64,000 nucleotides of DNA from the human T2T-CHM13v2.0 reference genome, Homo sapiens. Below the pieces are notes generated by a model that ran no database searches, had not been told where the DNA came from, and worked only from the letters and a program-made list of their open reading frames with translations. Within the stretch, counting starts at the first letter, position 1; the number at the start of each line of letters is the position of its first letter. Shown here one piece after another: positions 12,450 to 24,290 of the stretch. The position numbers and the translations under genes were made by a program. Location of the stretch: NCBI RefSeq assembly GCF_009914755.1, contig NC_060930.1; one strand, 5' to 3'.

Positions 12450-15400
12450 ATGTTTGAGGTTGAGGCTAGATCTAGCTGGGATGTGCCTCTTCCACAGAGA
12501 GGAACCAAAATATCACGTAAACCTTTACAATTTGAACAATCATTTGAAAGAAAACACAAAAATTTGATAGGCAAGAGAAGACACCTTGGTTGCAGATAAA
12601 CGTGCAGAACAGTCTACTCAGGGATGATAGGCTCCAGATCTGGGCCCTGAACCCAGAAAAGACCCAAAGAAGAGATGAGTGGAGCAACCTTGGGGCACCA
12701 CATTCTTGCCACAGGCCTCTGAGATCCTAGCTACAGAAGCTCTCACAAGCCCTCCCACATACCCCACAAAAGACTTTGGACTGGCAGGGAAGCTGCCTAG
12801 AGAATACACAGTTGCATTGCTTGAACCCACATGGAGCCCAGAAGGCTTGCTGTGCTGGGCAGCTGCAGAAAAATGGAACCCTTTTTAGGTGCCCACCCCA
12901 CAAGACTCTCCATCCTGCAATGAACAGCTGCAGTTTCTGCTTCTGCCTGGCAGGAGAGAGAAATGCTCAGGCATGTTCATATGACTAAGACAAGTCAGGT
13001 CCCACCACCATTGCTGTGGGACCAAGATGCTTCCAAACAATGCACCCCCTTGCCTGTTGGTCCCTCTCAAGACTGACTTTATGGCTGTTCCCACAGGGTG
13101 GGGCCAACAGGATAGCCTCCATTGCCCCATATGAGTGTTTCATTGGTAATCCGGGAGCAGTTCACCCCCCATCACATCACCACTTGTCACTGAAGGGCCA
13201 GAGGATAAATCCCCTGGCCTGGACCTAGTTCCCTGGGACTCAAGCACACTGCTCAGTATGAAGATCAAATGTGTGGCCTGATCTCAAGTGGAAGAGTATC
13301 CCTCACTTTCAGAACAGAGAGAAGAGTGTGGCACTGGTTCGTATGGTGGTACAGGAGCTGACTATGCCTCCTTTCATGTGATTGGACCAGGAACAATATG
13401 ATCTGATAGTCAGTTTTCCCCTCAGTGACTCCTGTTGTCTGGAATGCCTGAAGTGGCACAATCTGTGTGCAGATGGCATGGGATAAGCCTAACTGATTGG
13501 GCCTGTTGCCAGGGCTGGACTCTGGAGGGAGACCCTCTGGGTTGGGTGTCTGTGAGCTGTGTAGGCCCCACAACTGCCTAATGGGCTGAAAACCCCAGGC
13601 TTTGGTCTTCCCCTAAGTGAGCTCTGTGGCACAGGAGTGGTGCCTCCACCCCTCTCTTAAGGGTTGTCCCAGCAGCCAGACAGCTGCCCTTAGAACCTCT
13701 GCCAAGGTCAGTTCTTGTGCCCACTTTGAAGAGTCTGGTTGCTAGCTCACCAGACCCAGCCCTGCCCAGCTTTGCCCCCTCTAGTCTCCATGGTAGCACA
13801 GTGCAGGATGATACCACCCCAGAAGCCTCATCTCCCAGTCATCACCAATACTTCATCTGAAAAACAAAGGCTAGGTAAAAATCCCATTGACATTAACACC
13901 ACTGTGTTCACCTGCAAGTGCCACCTACTGGTCAGGAGGTCCACCTGCATGGCCCGTAACTTTTGCTGACATCAGTGTGTGGCACTCAGCTGGCCTTTAC
14001 CTGCAAACACTACCTACTGGACTGCACGTTGAACTGCATAACCCAATATTTCTCCTAACAGAAGTGCACAGTGCTGGGGAATAAGAGAAGCCTATCAAGA
14101 CCTTCACCTTCCCAGCCCTGTAGGAGACAGTGAGTCTGACCACAAGCACAGTACACCACTACTACAAGTCACAAACAACTATCATTTGAAAAAAACACTG
14201 CACTAAAGCTATCTATAACCAAGGAAGCCATACAAATCTTTGGCCCCCTAAAAGCACAAAGAAGCAAATCTAAAGAATCCTACCCAATGTATGCAACAGT
14301 ATTATGCTCAAGGGAGATAAAAACCTAACCTAAATGAAAGTAAATTAAAAAGTAACAAGAGCTTCTACAGATGAGAAGGAACCAGAACAATAATTCTAGC
14401 ACTGTGAAGAAACAGAATGTTGTGACGCCCCAAAGGATCACACTAGTTCTGAAGCAATGCATAGAATTTTGAAAGTATCAAGTATTCAAAATATGAATTG
14501 TAAGGAAGCTCAATGAAATCCAAGAGAAAGTTGAAAGCCAACACACACATACACACACACACACACAAAATATATATGTATATAAATATATATATCTTCA
14601 GAAAATAAAAAATTAACTGAAAGAATTGAAATCTCATGTGAAAGTCTTAACAGTAGTCTAGACCAAGCAGAGGAAACAGTTTCAGAGCTCCAAGGCTAGT
14701 CTTTTTAATTAACCTAGTCACAAAAAAATAAAGATTTTAAAGATGAAGAAAGACTGAAAAATATGGGATTATATAAAGCAATCAAACCTAAAACAGGCAT
14801 TTCTGAGAGAGAAAAACAAAAAGTAAGCAACTTGGAAAATACATTTGATGGAATAATTCAGGAAATTTTTTCTAATTTTGCTAGATAGACATCCAGAGAA
14901 GAAATTCAGAAAACACCTGCAAGATAACAGAAAATGACTATCATCAAGACACACAGTCATTAGAATACCCAAGATTAATGCTAACAACAAAAAATAATCT
15001 TAAAGGCAGCTAGAGAAAAAGGCCAAATCACAAATAAAGATAATCTCATCAGGCTAACAGCAGACCTCTCAGCAAAAACCTCACAAGCCAGAAGATACCA
15101 GGGGCCTATTTTTAGCTTTCTTAAAGGAAAAAAAAATGCCAGCCAATAATATTATATCCTGCCAAACTAAGCATCATAAACAAAAGAGAAATAAAGTTTT
15201 TCCCAGGCAAGCAAATGTTAAGGCAATTTGTCACCACCAGATCAGTCTTACAAAAAACAAATGCTCAAAGGAAGTCTAAACTGAAAACAAAAGGACAATA
15301 CTTGCTATCATAAAACCACACAAAAGTACAAAGTTCACAGATCCTATAAAGCAAATCCACAATTGAGACTACAAATCCACTAGCTAATGACACTATGAGA

Positions 15401-15740
15401 GACACAAAATCTCACATATCATTATTAACCCTGAATGCAGATGCCATAAAACTCCATTTAAAAGATATCAGTTGGCAAATTGAATACAAAAACAGGACCC
15501 AAACATATGCCTTCAAGAGACCCATGTAACATGCAATGGTACCTATAGGTGTCAGTAACTGGATGGAAAAAGATATATCATGCAAATGGAAAACAAAGAG
15601 CAAGGCTTGCTATTTTTCTATCAGATAAATCAGACTTTAAACCAACAGCAGTAAAAAAAAAAAAAAAGGCAAAGAAGTGCATTATATAATGACAGGGATT
15701 GATTCAACAAGAAGATTTAGATATATTTAAATATATATGT
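12450..15740 (+). mobile_element. L1PA16/17-like element: 5' UTR, disrupted ORF1 (about 14371-15313), start of ORF2 (about 15395)
   Basis: Long GC-richer UTR, then atgagaaggaaccag, ttaaaggcagctagagaaaaagg, atatcctgccaaactaagc (ORF1), then endonuclease-region text up to ttcaacaagaagattt. Confidence 0.85.
14541..14596. repeat. (CA)n(TA)n microsatellite within L1 ORF1
   Basis: Directly visible. Confidence 0.85.
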
Positions 15741-15771
15741 TTAATATGTATAAATATATATATTTATATAT

Positions 15772-15976
15772 TTATTCAAGATGGCTTGAATTATTCCCCA
15801 GAAAATAGGTTTTTCTCTTCTACCAAATGATCAGGCTGCAAATTTTCCAAACTTTTGTGTACTGCTTCCTTTTTAAATATAAGTTCCAGTTTCAGATTAT
15901 TTCGTTGTTCATGTGTATGAGTGTACACTTTTAGAAACAGCCAGGTAACTTCTTGAATTATTTGCTGCTTAGAAAT
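15772..15976 (-). mobile_element. Displaced duplicate of MST-internal segment 17363-17576
   Basis: 15782-15976 aligns ungapped to 17382-17576 with 15 mismatches by manual count. Confidence 0.92.
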
Positions 15977-16070
15977 ATATATATATATAAAATAGACATC
16001 TATTTAATATATAGACATATATAATAGACACATACATATATATGTGTATATATGTGTGTATGTATATGTA

Positions 16071-16152
<82 letters not shown>
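15977..16152. repeat. Compound (TA)n/(TG)n/(TA)n/(GA)n microsatellite
   Basis: Directly visible. Confidence 0.95.
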
Positions 16153-16156
<4 letters not shown>

Positions 16157-16350
16157 TATTAGGTCCATTTAGCTGAGACCAATTTAACTGCAGAGTTTCT
16201 CTGTTGTTTTTTTACCTCAGTGATCTGCCTAGTTATGTCAATGGGTTGTTGAAGTTCCCCACTATTATTGTATCACTGTCTATTTTTTTCCTTAGGTCTA
16301 GTAGCATTTGTTTTATAAATATGGGTGCTCTAGTATTGAGTGCATATATT
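16150..16350 (-). mobile_element. Inverted L1 ORF2 (endonuclease region) fragment
   Basis: Reverse complement aatatatgcactcaatactagagcaccc...tggggaacttcaacaacccattgac is the continuation of the plus-strand ORF2 that stops at about 15740. Confidence 0.88.
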
Positions 16351-17929
16351 CTTCTCACATTGCAAAATACAATGATCCCTTTTCGACAGTCGTTCAGTCT
16401 TAATTCATTTCAGCATTAACTCAAAAATCCATAGTCAAAGTCTCATCTAAGACAAAGTAAGTCCCTTCTACCTATGAGTCTATAAAATAAAAAACAAGTC
16501 ATCTACTTTCAAGATACAGTGGTGGTAGAGGCATTTGGTAAATGCTACCATTCTAAATGGGAGAAATTAGCCAAAATGAAGGAGCCATAGGACTGATGCA
16601 AGACCTAGGCAGGTAGTCATTAAATCTTAAAGCTCCAAATTAATCTCCTTTGACTCTATGTCTCATATCCAGCATACTCTGATGGAAGGGGTGGGCTCCC
16701 ATGGCCTTGGGTTGCTCTGATCCTGTGGCTTTGCAAGTTACAGCCCCTGTGGCTACTTTCATGGGCTGGCATTGAGTGCCTGCAGCTCAAAGCCAGCCAG
16801 GTGCATGGTGCAAGCTGTAGATGGATCTACCATTCTGGGGTCTGGAGGACAGTGGCCCTCTATTCAAAGCTCCACTAGGCAGTGCCCCAGTGGGGACTTT
16901 ATTTAGGGGCTCTAATTCCACATTTTCCCTCTTTACTTCCCTAGTAGAGGTTCTCCATGAGGCTCTGCCCCTGCAGCAGACTTCTGCCTGGACATGTTGG
17001 CATGTCCATACATCCTCTGAAATCTAGGTGGAGGCTCCCAAACCTCAACTCTGGCCTTCTGTGCACCTGCAGGCCCAACACCATGTGGAAGCCACCAAGG
17101 CTTGGGGCTTGCACCCTCTGAAGTAACAGCCCAAACTATACCTTGGCCCCTTTTTGCCATGACTGGAGCTGGAGTGGCTGGGACTCATGGTGTCGTGTCC
17201 TAAGTCTGGACAGAGCAGCTTGCCCCTGGGCCTGGCCCACTAAACCATTTTTCCTCCTAGGCCTCAGGGCGTATAATTGGAGGGGCTGTTGTGAAGATCT
17301 CTGAAATGCCCTGGAAGCATTTTTCCCATTGTTTTGGCTATAAACATTTAGCTCTTCTTTACTTATTCAAATTTCTATAGCTGGCTTGAATTCTTTCCCA
17401 GAAAATGGGTTTTTCTCTTCTACCAAATGATCAGGTTACAAATTTTCCAAACATTTGTGCTCTGCTTCCTTTTTAAATATAAGTTCCAGTTTCAGATTAT
17501 TTCTTTGTTCGTGTGTATGAGTGTACACATTTAGAAACAGCCAGGTGACCTCTTGAATTCTTTGCTGTTTAGAAATTTCTTCCTCCAGATATCCTGAATC
17601 ATTTCTCTCAAGTTCAAAGTTCCAAAGATCTCTAGGGCAGGGGAAAAATGTTGTCAGTCTCTTTGCTAAAGGATAGTAAGAGTGACCTTTACTGCAGTTC
17701 CCAATAATTTTCTCATTTCCATCTGAGACTACCTCACCTAGACTTCATATCACTCTCAGCATTTTGATCAAAACCATTTAACGAGAAGTTCCCAACTTTC
17801 TCACATCTTCCTGTGTTCTTCTGAGCCCTCTAAACTGTTCCAACCTCTGCCCATTACCCAGTTCCAAAGTCACTTCCACATTTTCAGGTACGTTTATAGC
17901 AGTGTCCCACTCTTCTGGTACCAATTTTC
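16351..17929 (-). mobile_element. MST (MSTA/B) MaLR internal region, 3' LTR missing
   Basis: Homologous in reverse to 32567-34157; starts gaaaattggtaccagaag on minus; stops at gcaatgtgagaag, short of the polypurine tract. Confidence 0.9.
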
Positions 17930-18298
17930 TATATTAGTCTGTATTCGCAGTGCTATAAAGAACTACCTGAGACCACATAATTTAAGAAGAAAAGAGGTTT
18001 AATTTGATTCACGGTTCTGTGGCTTAACAGGAAGCATGACTGGGAAGAATCAAGAAACTTACAGTCATGTCAGAAAGCAAAAAGGAAGCAAGGACTTTCT
18101 TTATATGGTGGAAGGGGAGAGAGAGAGAGAGAAAAGGTGGGAGTGCCACACACTTTTATACCATTGGATCTCATGAGAACTCACTATAATGAGAACAGCA
18201 AGGAGGAAATCCACCCCCATGATCCAATCACTTCCCACCAGGCCCCTCGTCCAATTCAACATGAGATTTTGTCAGGGACACAAATCCAAATGATATTA
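17930..18298 (-). mobile_element. MST 5' LTR
   Basis: tatattagtc...gctataaagaactacctgagac...gatctcatgagaactcact...caaatccaaatgatatta. Confidence 0.9.
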
Positions 18299-18319
18299 GA
18301 AATGATTGCTATTGCTATT

Positions 18320-19045
18320 GCTAGCTAGATTAACCAATAAAACAAAAGAGTAGATTCAAATAAGCATAATCATAAAAGATAAAGGTGCTACAACTGATAC
18401 CAGTGAAATATTAGTGATCCCAAGACTACTATAAATTTACATTGCAATGCACACAAACCAGAAAAATATAAAGAAAATGGATAAATTCCTGGAAACCTAC
18501 AAACTCCCAAGACTGAACCAGAGAGAAATTGAAATCCCTACTAGATCAATAACAAGTTATAAAATTGAATCAAATACATAATTCATCAAGATCAACTGGG
18601 TTTTATTCTACCGATACAAAGATGGTTCAGTATATGGAATTCAATACATGTGACTTACCACATGAACAGAATTAAAAATAAAATCCATATGATTATTTTA
18701 ATAAATACAGAAAATCATTGATAAAATCCAACATGGCTTTATCATAAAAACTCTCAACAAACTAGGCATCAAAGGAACATGCCTCAAAATAATAGAAAAT
18801 CAACACATCTCACTTATAAGTGGAAGCTAAACAATGGGTAAACATAGACATAAAGATGGAAATAACGTATACTGGGAAACTCAAATAGGGAAGATGTAGG
18901 GGCAGAAAGGGTTAAAAAGCTACCTATTGGGTACTATTTTACTATTTGGGTGATGGATTCATTAGAAGCCCAAACCTCAGCATTATGCATTATACCCATG
19001 TAACAGACCTGCACAAGTACCACCTGACTCTAAAACTTTTTAAAA
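18320..19045 (+). mobile_element. Remainder of the L1PA16/17-like element (internally deleted ORF2 plus 3' UTR)
   Basis: aatggataaattcctggaaac, then a jump to tctcacttataagtggaagctaaac and tcattagaagcccaaacctcagcattatgc...ctctaaaa. Confidence 0.85.
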
Positions 19046-19102
19046 ACCATTTTCATATCAATTGGCCATGCAATATTGTTAATTAATTTGAAGGCTTATA
19101 TA

Positions 19103-19484
19103 TGTTATGATCTGAATTGTTTGTACTCAAAATTCATATTTTGAAGTTGTAATATCCAGTACCTCGGAATGTGACTGTATTTGAAGATAGGTTCCTTAAA
19201 GAGGTAATTAAATTAAAATGAGGTAATTAGGGTGAGACCTAATTCAATATAACTAGAGTTCTTACAAGAAGAAGAGATCACAACACCAAGTCCCACAGGA
19301 CCATATGAAGACATGGAGAAAAATGACCATTTACACCAAAGGAAAGAGGCTTAAAAATAACTAAATACTGCCAACACCTTGATATTGATCTTTCAGCCTT
19401 TACAATTGTGATAAAATATATTACCATTGCATAAGCCAAACACTCTGTGGTATTTTGTTACGGCATCCCTAGAAAACTAATACA
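19103..19484 (+). mobile_element. MLT1B solo LTR
   Basis: tgttatgatctgaatt...gaatgtgactgtatttgaagatagg...gtggtattttgttacggcatccctagaaaactaataca. Confidence 0.88.
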
Positions 19485-19499
19485 ATGACTTTTACTACT

Positions 19500-20455
19500 T
19501 TTGTTTTATTTTTCTCAAATAATTTTAGAAAAGTTCAAAATCATAACAAAGAATTCCCATCTGACATTCAGATTCTCCAATTGTAAATATTTCAATACAT
19601 TTGCTTTATAATTAATCTCTACATATTTACACATATTTTTATTATTTCCCTAAACCATTTGAGGGTCAGTTGAATACATGCCATTTTACTTCTAAATAAT
19701 TTACTATTTATTTACTAAGAAAATGTACATATTTTTATTTAAAATTTATTATGGATAAAAACTATTTTATAGATTTTACTCATATTTTCCCAAATAATGC
19801 CCTTTGCAACAAAAATTTTAAAAAATATGTAAAACTTACATATTATAAATAATTATGTCTATGTATGTATATAAATATAATTTATATATTTCTCATACGT
19901 GATGTTAACTTTGATCACTTTGTAAAAGTGATATCTTCTAGATTTTTCTATTGAAGTTACTTTTTAATTTACAAGTTATTTGGGGCGAGATACTTTAGCA
20001 CTATGTAGATGTACCATATGTTATCAAACATTGATCACTAGTATTTTTACCCATTGATGTTTCTCACCTAACCAATTATTAGTATGTTAGTTAAATGGTT
20101 ATTTTCCTAACAGCGTCATTCTTCCCCATTCAGTGTTTTGCATGTTACTATAAGAATAAGTTACAGTTCTTGTTTATTTACGTGTATCAGTATAAGTTGG
20201 TGAATTTCTACTTTATTGAATTGGTTATAGTCCATTACTATTATTACATATTTTGATGCTCAAACTATCCCTGGTTCAGCTAACAGGGAGCACTTGAATA
20301 TTTCTGTGACCCCTGTTTTTTTCACGTACCCATTAGTTTTTAAGCACTTCCATAATTTCAGGTCCAATGAGATGTCAGGCTTATCTTGTACATTCCCTGC
20401 CATATACCTGGAAACAGAGAATTCTCCAGAAACTTAGTTCCATATGGTGGAGAAA
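19500..20455 (-). mobile_element. L1MC4/5-like 3' UTR
   Basis: gattctccaattgtaaatattt, aaccatttgagggtcagttg, gatgttaactttgatcacttt, caggcttatcttgtacattccctgcc. Confidence 0.7.
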
Positions 20456-21672
20456 TGACATGGACTACACCTGATAATCTTCCTCCCCAGGGAGTGAGGA
20501 CCAAAGACACAGTTGGAAGGGGATAAATCCTATTCAAAGTGTGCAGCAATGTGTGACACAAATTCAGACTGAAGAAATGCTCTAGTTTCTTGTCAAAAAC
20601 ACACTAGAGATTCTAGGTTTGAGAAAAACACACCAGTGATGCTAGGTTTGAGTCACAAGCTCAGTCACTTTTCAAGCACCTAGTTGATGTTGTCAGGGGA
20701 TAGGAGAAGGTATTTTCCAGACAGAGAGGAAAATGTTAAACTAGAGTGAAAAGACCTGGTGTGAAGGGTTACACCCTCTTTGAAAGGGTAAGAAATTAAT
20801 CGGCAAATCAACTCCCAAACTAGAATAGTAAATTAAGAATTCTCTTGGAGATAAAATTAGGAATTTTAACATTAGGTATTATTTTTAATCTTCTTCTCAT
20901 TTAGCTCTCAAGGAGAGACTTGATGGAAGATTTTGCAAAGATCATGATTTTTTTTTCTTACAAGGCCCTTATAAAATGAAAGAATATTATAATTTTTAAC
21001 ATATGGCCCCTTGATTGCAACTCTGTAAGTTTGGGAAGATAAAGTATAGTCAGATTGTAAAAGATCTTGTAAGCCATGGTAAAATGTTGACCAAGGATGG
21101 TTATGAGTTGAAAAACTTGAAAAGTTGAGAGATTTAAAGATAAACTCATAAACAGCTAGGTAGGTAGGTAGACATAGAGATAACAATATCCTGAAAGCAT
21201 CAGGGTAATATACTTAGAATAATAACCTCAATGTGATATTTTAAAAATAAGAATTAGCTTTACATAATGCCAATCCTCCTTGTTTCCTTCCCATCTTCAT
21301 GCAGATTATGATAACAGTCTACATGATAGAAAAGAGATGAGTACAGTTTTGAGCAGTGTGGCTTTGATCACAGGCAGCCTATCATAAGAGAAGTGATGAC
21401 TCTATCATTAAGGGATTCCTGTCTGAGACCATGGATGGTAAATAGCAACACTTTACCCAATCATCTGCTTCATTATAGGATGCTCTTTGATGACAGCCAA
21501 GTCTGAGTGATATAAACCGGGTTGCCAAGTTTAAAACTTCAAACAGTAAGATGTGCCAGTGAAATCACTGTGTCAGAATGAAACAAGCAAGCAAATGCAG
21601 CCAGTATAACAACAGCAGTGGATTAAGGGATAAGGCCCAGGCACCAAGAGAGGGCAAAGCTGCTAAGCTATC

Positions 21673-22135
21673 TATATTAGTAAAAGTTCCAAAAAGAAAT
21701 GGATGGCACATTCATATCAGGATAGTTTGATGGAGAAAATACATATTAAATTGTGGACAGAATGCTGGCAATTCATAAAGAATGGTACAGCAGAGAACAC
21801 AGAGAAGTTACCACTCCTCGATGTGAAAAAGTGAAATAGTTATTAGAACGTGCAAGGAGAAAATCTTGTGGAGAGGTTCACATTTAAAGAAGCTACAGCT
21901 AACTTCAAGGAGTGCAGCCCAACTAAAATATCCGTACAAGGAGAGAATCAGGAGGATCTGTACCTGACTTTAAACTCGTTTATACCTTTAATCTCCTGGG
22001 GCTCACAGACATTCTTATAGTCTAAACAGAGCAAATACCACTGGTATAAAGCAGGGTGGGGAAAGGTGGAGAGCAACTCTGATTGGGAAAATGGAAAAAT
22101 ACCAGCAAAGCAGATTTCACCACTCATCAGACACA
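21673..22135. mobile_element. Probable ancient ERVL-class LTR
   Basis: tatattagt...agaaatggatggcacattca opening resembles old ERVL LTR termini; family not resolved. Confidence 0.4.
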
Positions 22136-23041
22136 TTAAAGAGCCAGGGAAGCATCTGCCAGTGGGTTAATGGTGTCCCCAAGTGTCTAGGCTACAGAAC
22201 ATTGCTTTCATAAATAAGAATTTCAATATGATAATGGTGCTTTTCTAGAAACTAAAACTAAAGAACCTGTTGCTCTTGGTTACTTTTTTCTTTCATAACC
22301 AAAATGTATTCCAAAAATGATGTAATCCCCTAGCCTCCTTCATAACTGGTTATAAATATCTATATGGCTTTATCTGTCATTTCAGCAAGTTCTCGTAATA
22401 TAAAAGGGAAAGATGTGTTTCCATGTCGTCATATATATTTATATCAAAAAGCGTTGCTCTTATTATTTGCATGTAGCTATCTTTGTATTTGGAAAATAAG
22501 ACAATAAGGATTGATAAATATGTAAAGTGCTTTGAGATCTTCATTAATATTTATAAAAATATATTTAATATAGTAACCCAATGCCTATGTGAAACAATTA
22601 TTTTTTCTTTTTTATATACCTGAAATTGCTTTTAATGATACATTCCTGTGGATGGAAGCAAAACTACGTCTCCATGTCTTTAATAACTACAGCTAGAGTT
22701 CCTGCTGAGAATATTAGCAAGCTACTGAGATTAATTTTACCTTATTTATTAAGAATGTATATGCTATATATTTCAGACTGAATCAAAAAAAGCTTACAGC
22801 AAGTTTGAAGTTATTGCAAAAATATGGCTTAGAGATATAAAAGATATATTAGAGATATAAAAGAAAATAAAAATCATGTAAATTGTGCAGAGAAAGTAGC
22901 ATCCATTATGTACATGAGCTGTGCTTATTGTACTCTCAGTTAAATTCCAAACCTGAGAAAATCTGTATTTAAAATGTTAAGATATGGGTTATACAACATT
23001 TCTATTCTGAAATACTTATACATACTTGCATGCACTCGTGC

Positions 23042-23067
23042 GCACACACACACACACACACACACAC
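23042..23067. repeat. (CA)n microsatellite
   Basis: Directly visible. Confidence 0.95.
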
Positions 23068-23954
23068 GCCTAAGAAAAAAAGTTTTTTTATAGAATTTTA
23101 CTAAGGCATAAAATTTACCCCATATGTTTTGTCTGTGCTTTAATTGTCAACACCGCAGACAATATCTTCAGCTTAAATTTTCTAAAAAACACAAAAATGC
23201 TATTCAATTTTGCTTGTGAATAGCGAAACTGCTATTCAAATTATATACACATAATTTTTGTGATAATTAAATAAATGCATTTAAAAAGATCTTTGACCTG
23301 TTTCAGGCACTTATTAAATATTCCATAAATGTGAAAATATAATTATTAGTACAAAGAGGAAAATAGTATTTTAAAATAATAGCTTAATAAGGATATTTAT
23401 GACTTGAGACAATAGATCTATTTATTTAATTTATAGTGCTATATCTTAGTACTGGGATGGAATTTGCAGACATAAGAAAAGCAGATAGTTAATACATCTG
23501 TTGAATTCCTTTCTCTTTCAAATTTTGCAAGTCTTGAGCCAACGCTTGGCAGTTTTTAGATTTCAGTCAATTAGTACTGAAATTCTTAAAGATGAATTAT
23601 AATGCATAAATTCTCTGTTGTTAGTTGAAGTGAGACCCATATGCTTTAAATGCTAAATGTGAGAATGGAAGTTATATCCCTGCTTAGAAATTATAAGAAT
23701 TGTCCGTGACTCTCATTCACAAGGAATCTAATATATTTCACTGCAGTCATGGGTAATAGAACTGCCTAAAGTTATAGTTCATATTATTCTGAAAAATGTT
23801 TGATTTTAATTTAATGAGATTATTTTGATATCATTGTATATGGACCAATTGGCTCTCAACTGAGTATACCAGAATCTCCAAATTAAGACTATCTTGGTAA
23901 TAATATATCACTGAAAAAAGAAATGACTTGTGAATCAATCACTTGGGTTTGAAC

Positions 23955-24290
23955 ATTTGTGACCTTCTTACAGAATACGCAAAACATTTTCTTTTTGACT
24001 CTCCAGAGCTACTCTCTACCTTCCTCAGAAGGTTGACCTGTTGGGAATGTATATCAAGAGACTCCCTTCCTTCCTCTCTTGTTTCCAGTTGGGTTTAGCC
24101 AATGAAGAGCACCAGAAAAAACAAAAACAGAGGGAAAAAGATTAGTGAGTTCAGGGTATTCCTTCCCCCTTTCCCTCTTTCCTGGTGTGTATTGGCTGAT
24201 TGTCTCCTCAGCTTAAAGTAAACTCTACTGTCAAGCTGACCTCTGCACATAGATCTTTCTCACACCAAGTTACAGTACAGTTCTTTTATG
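23955..24290 (+). mobile_element. LTR33-like ERVL LTR fragment
   Basis: tttccagttgggtttagccaatgaagagcaccag...gagttcagggtatt. Confidence 0.5.

Noticed and set aside
12472-14084. GC-richer, ORF-dense block resembling a gene or promoter
   Set aside because: It is the 5' UTR of the old L1; CpG-depleted; ORFs are short and occur on both strands
20595-20652. Two-copy 29-bp tandem repeat
   Set aside because: Diverged ordinary tandem duplication, no spacers, not CRISPR-like
22829-22864. ttagagatataaaaga duplicated
   Set aside because: Low-complexity slippage
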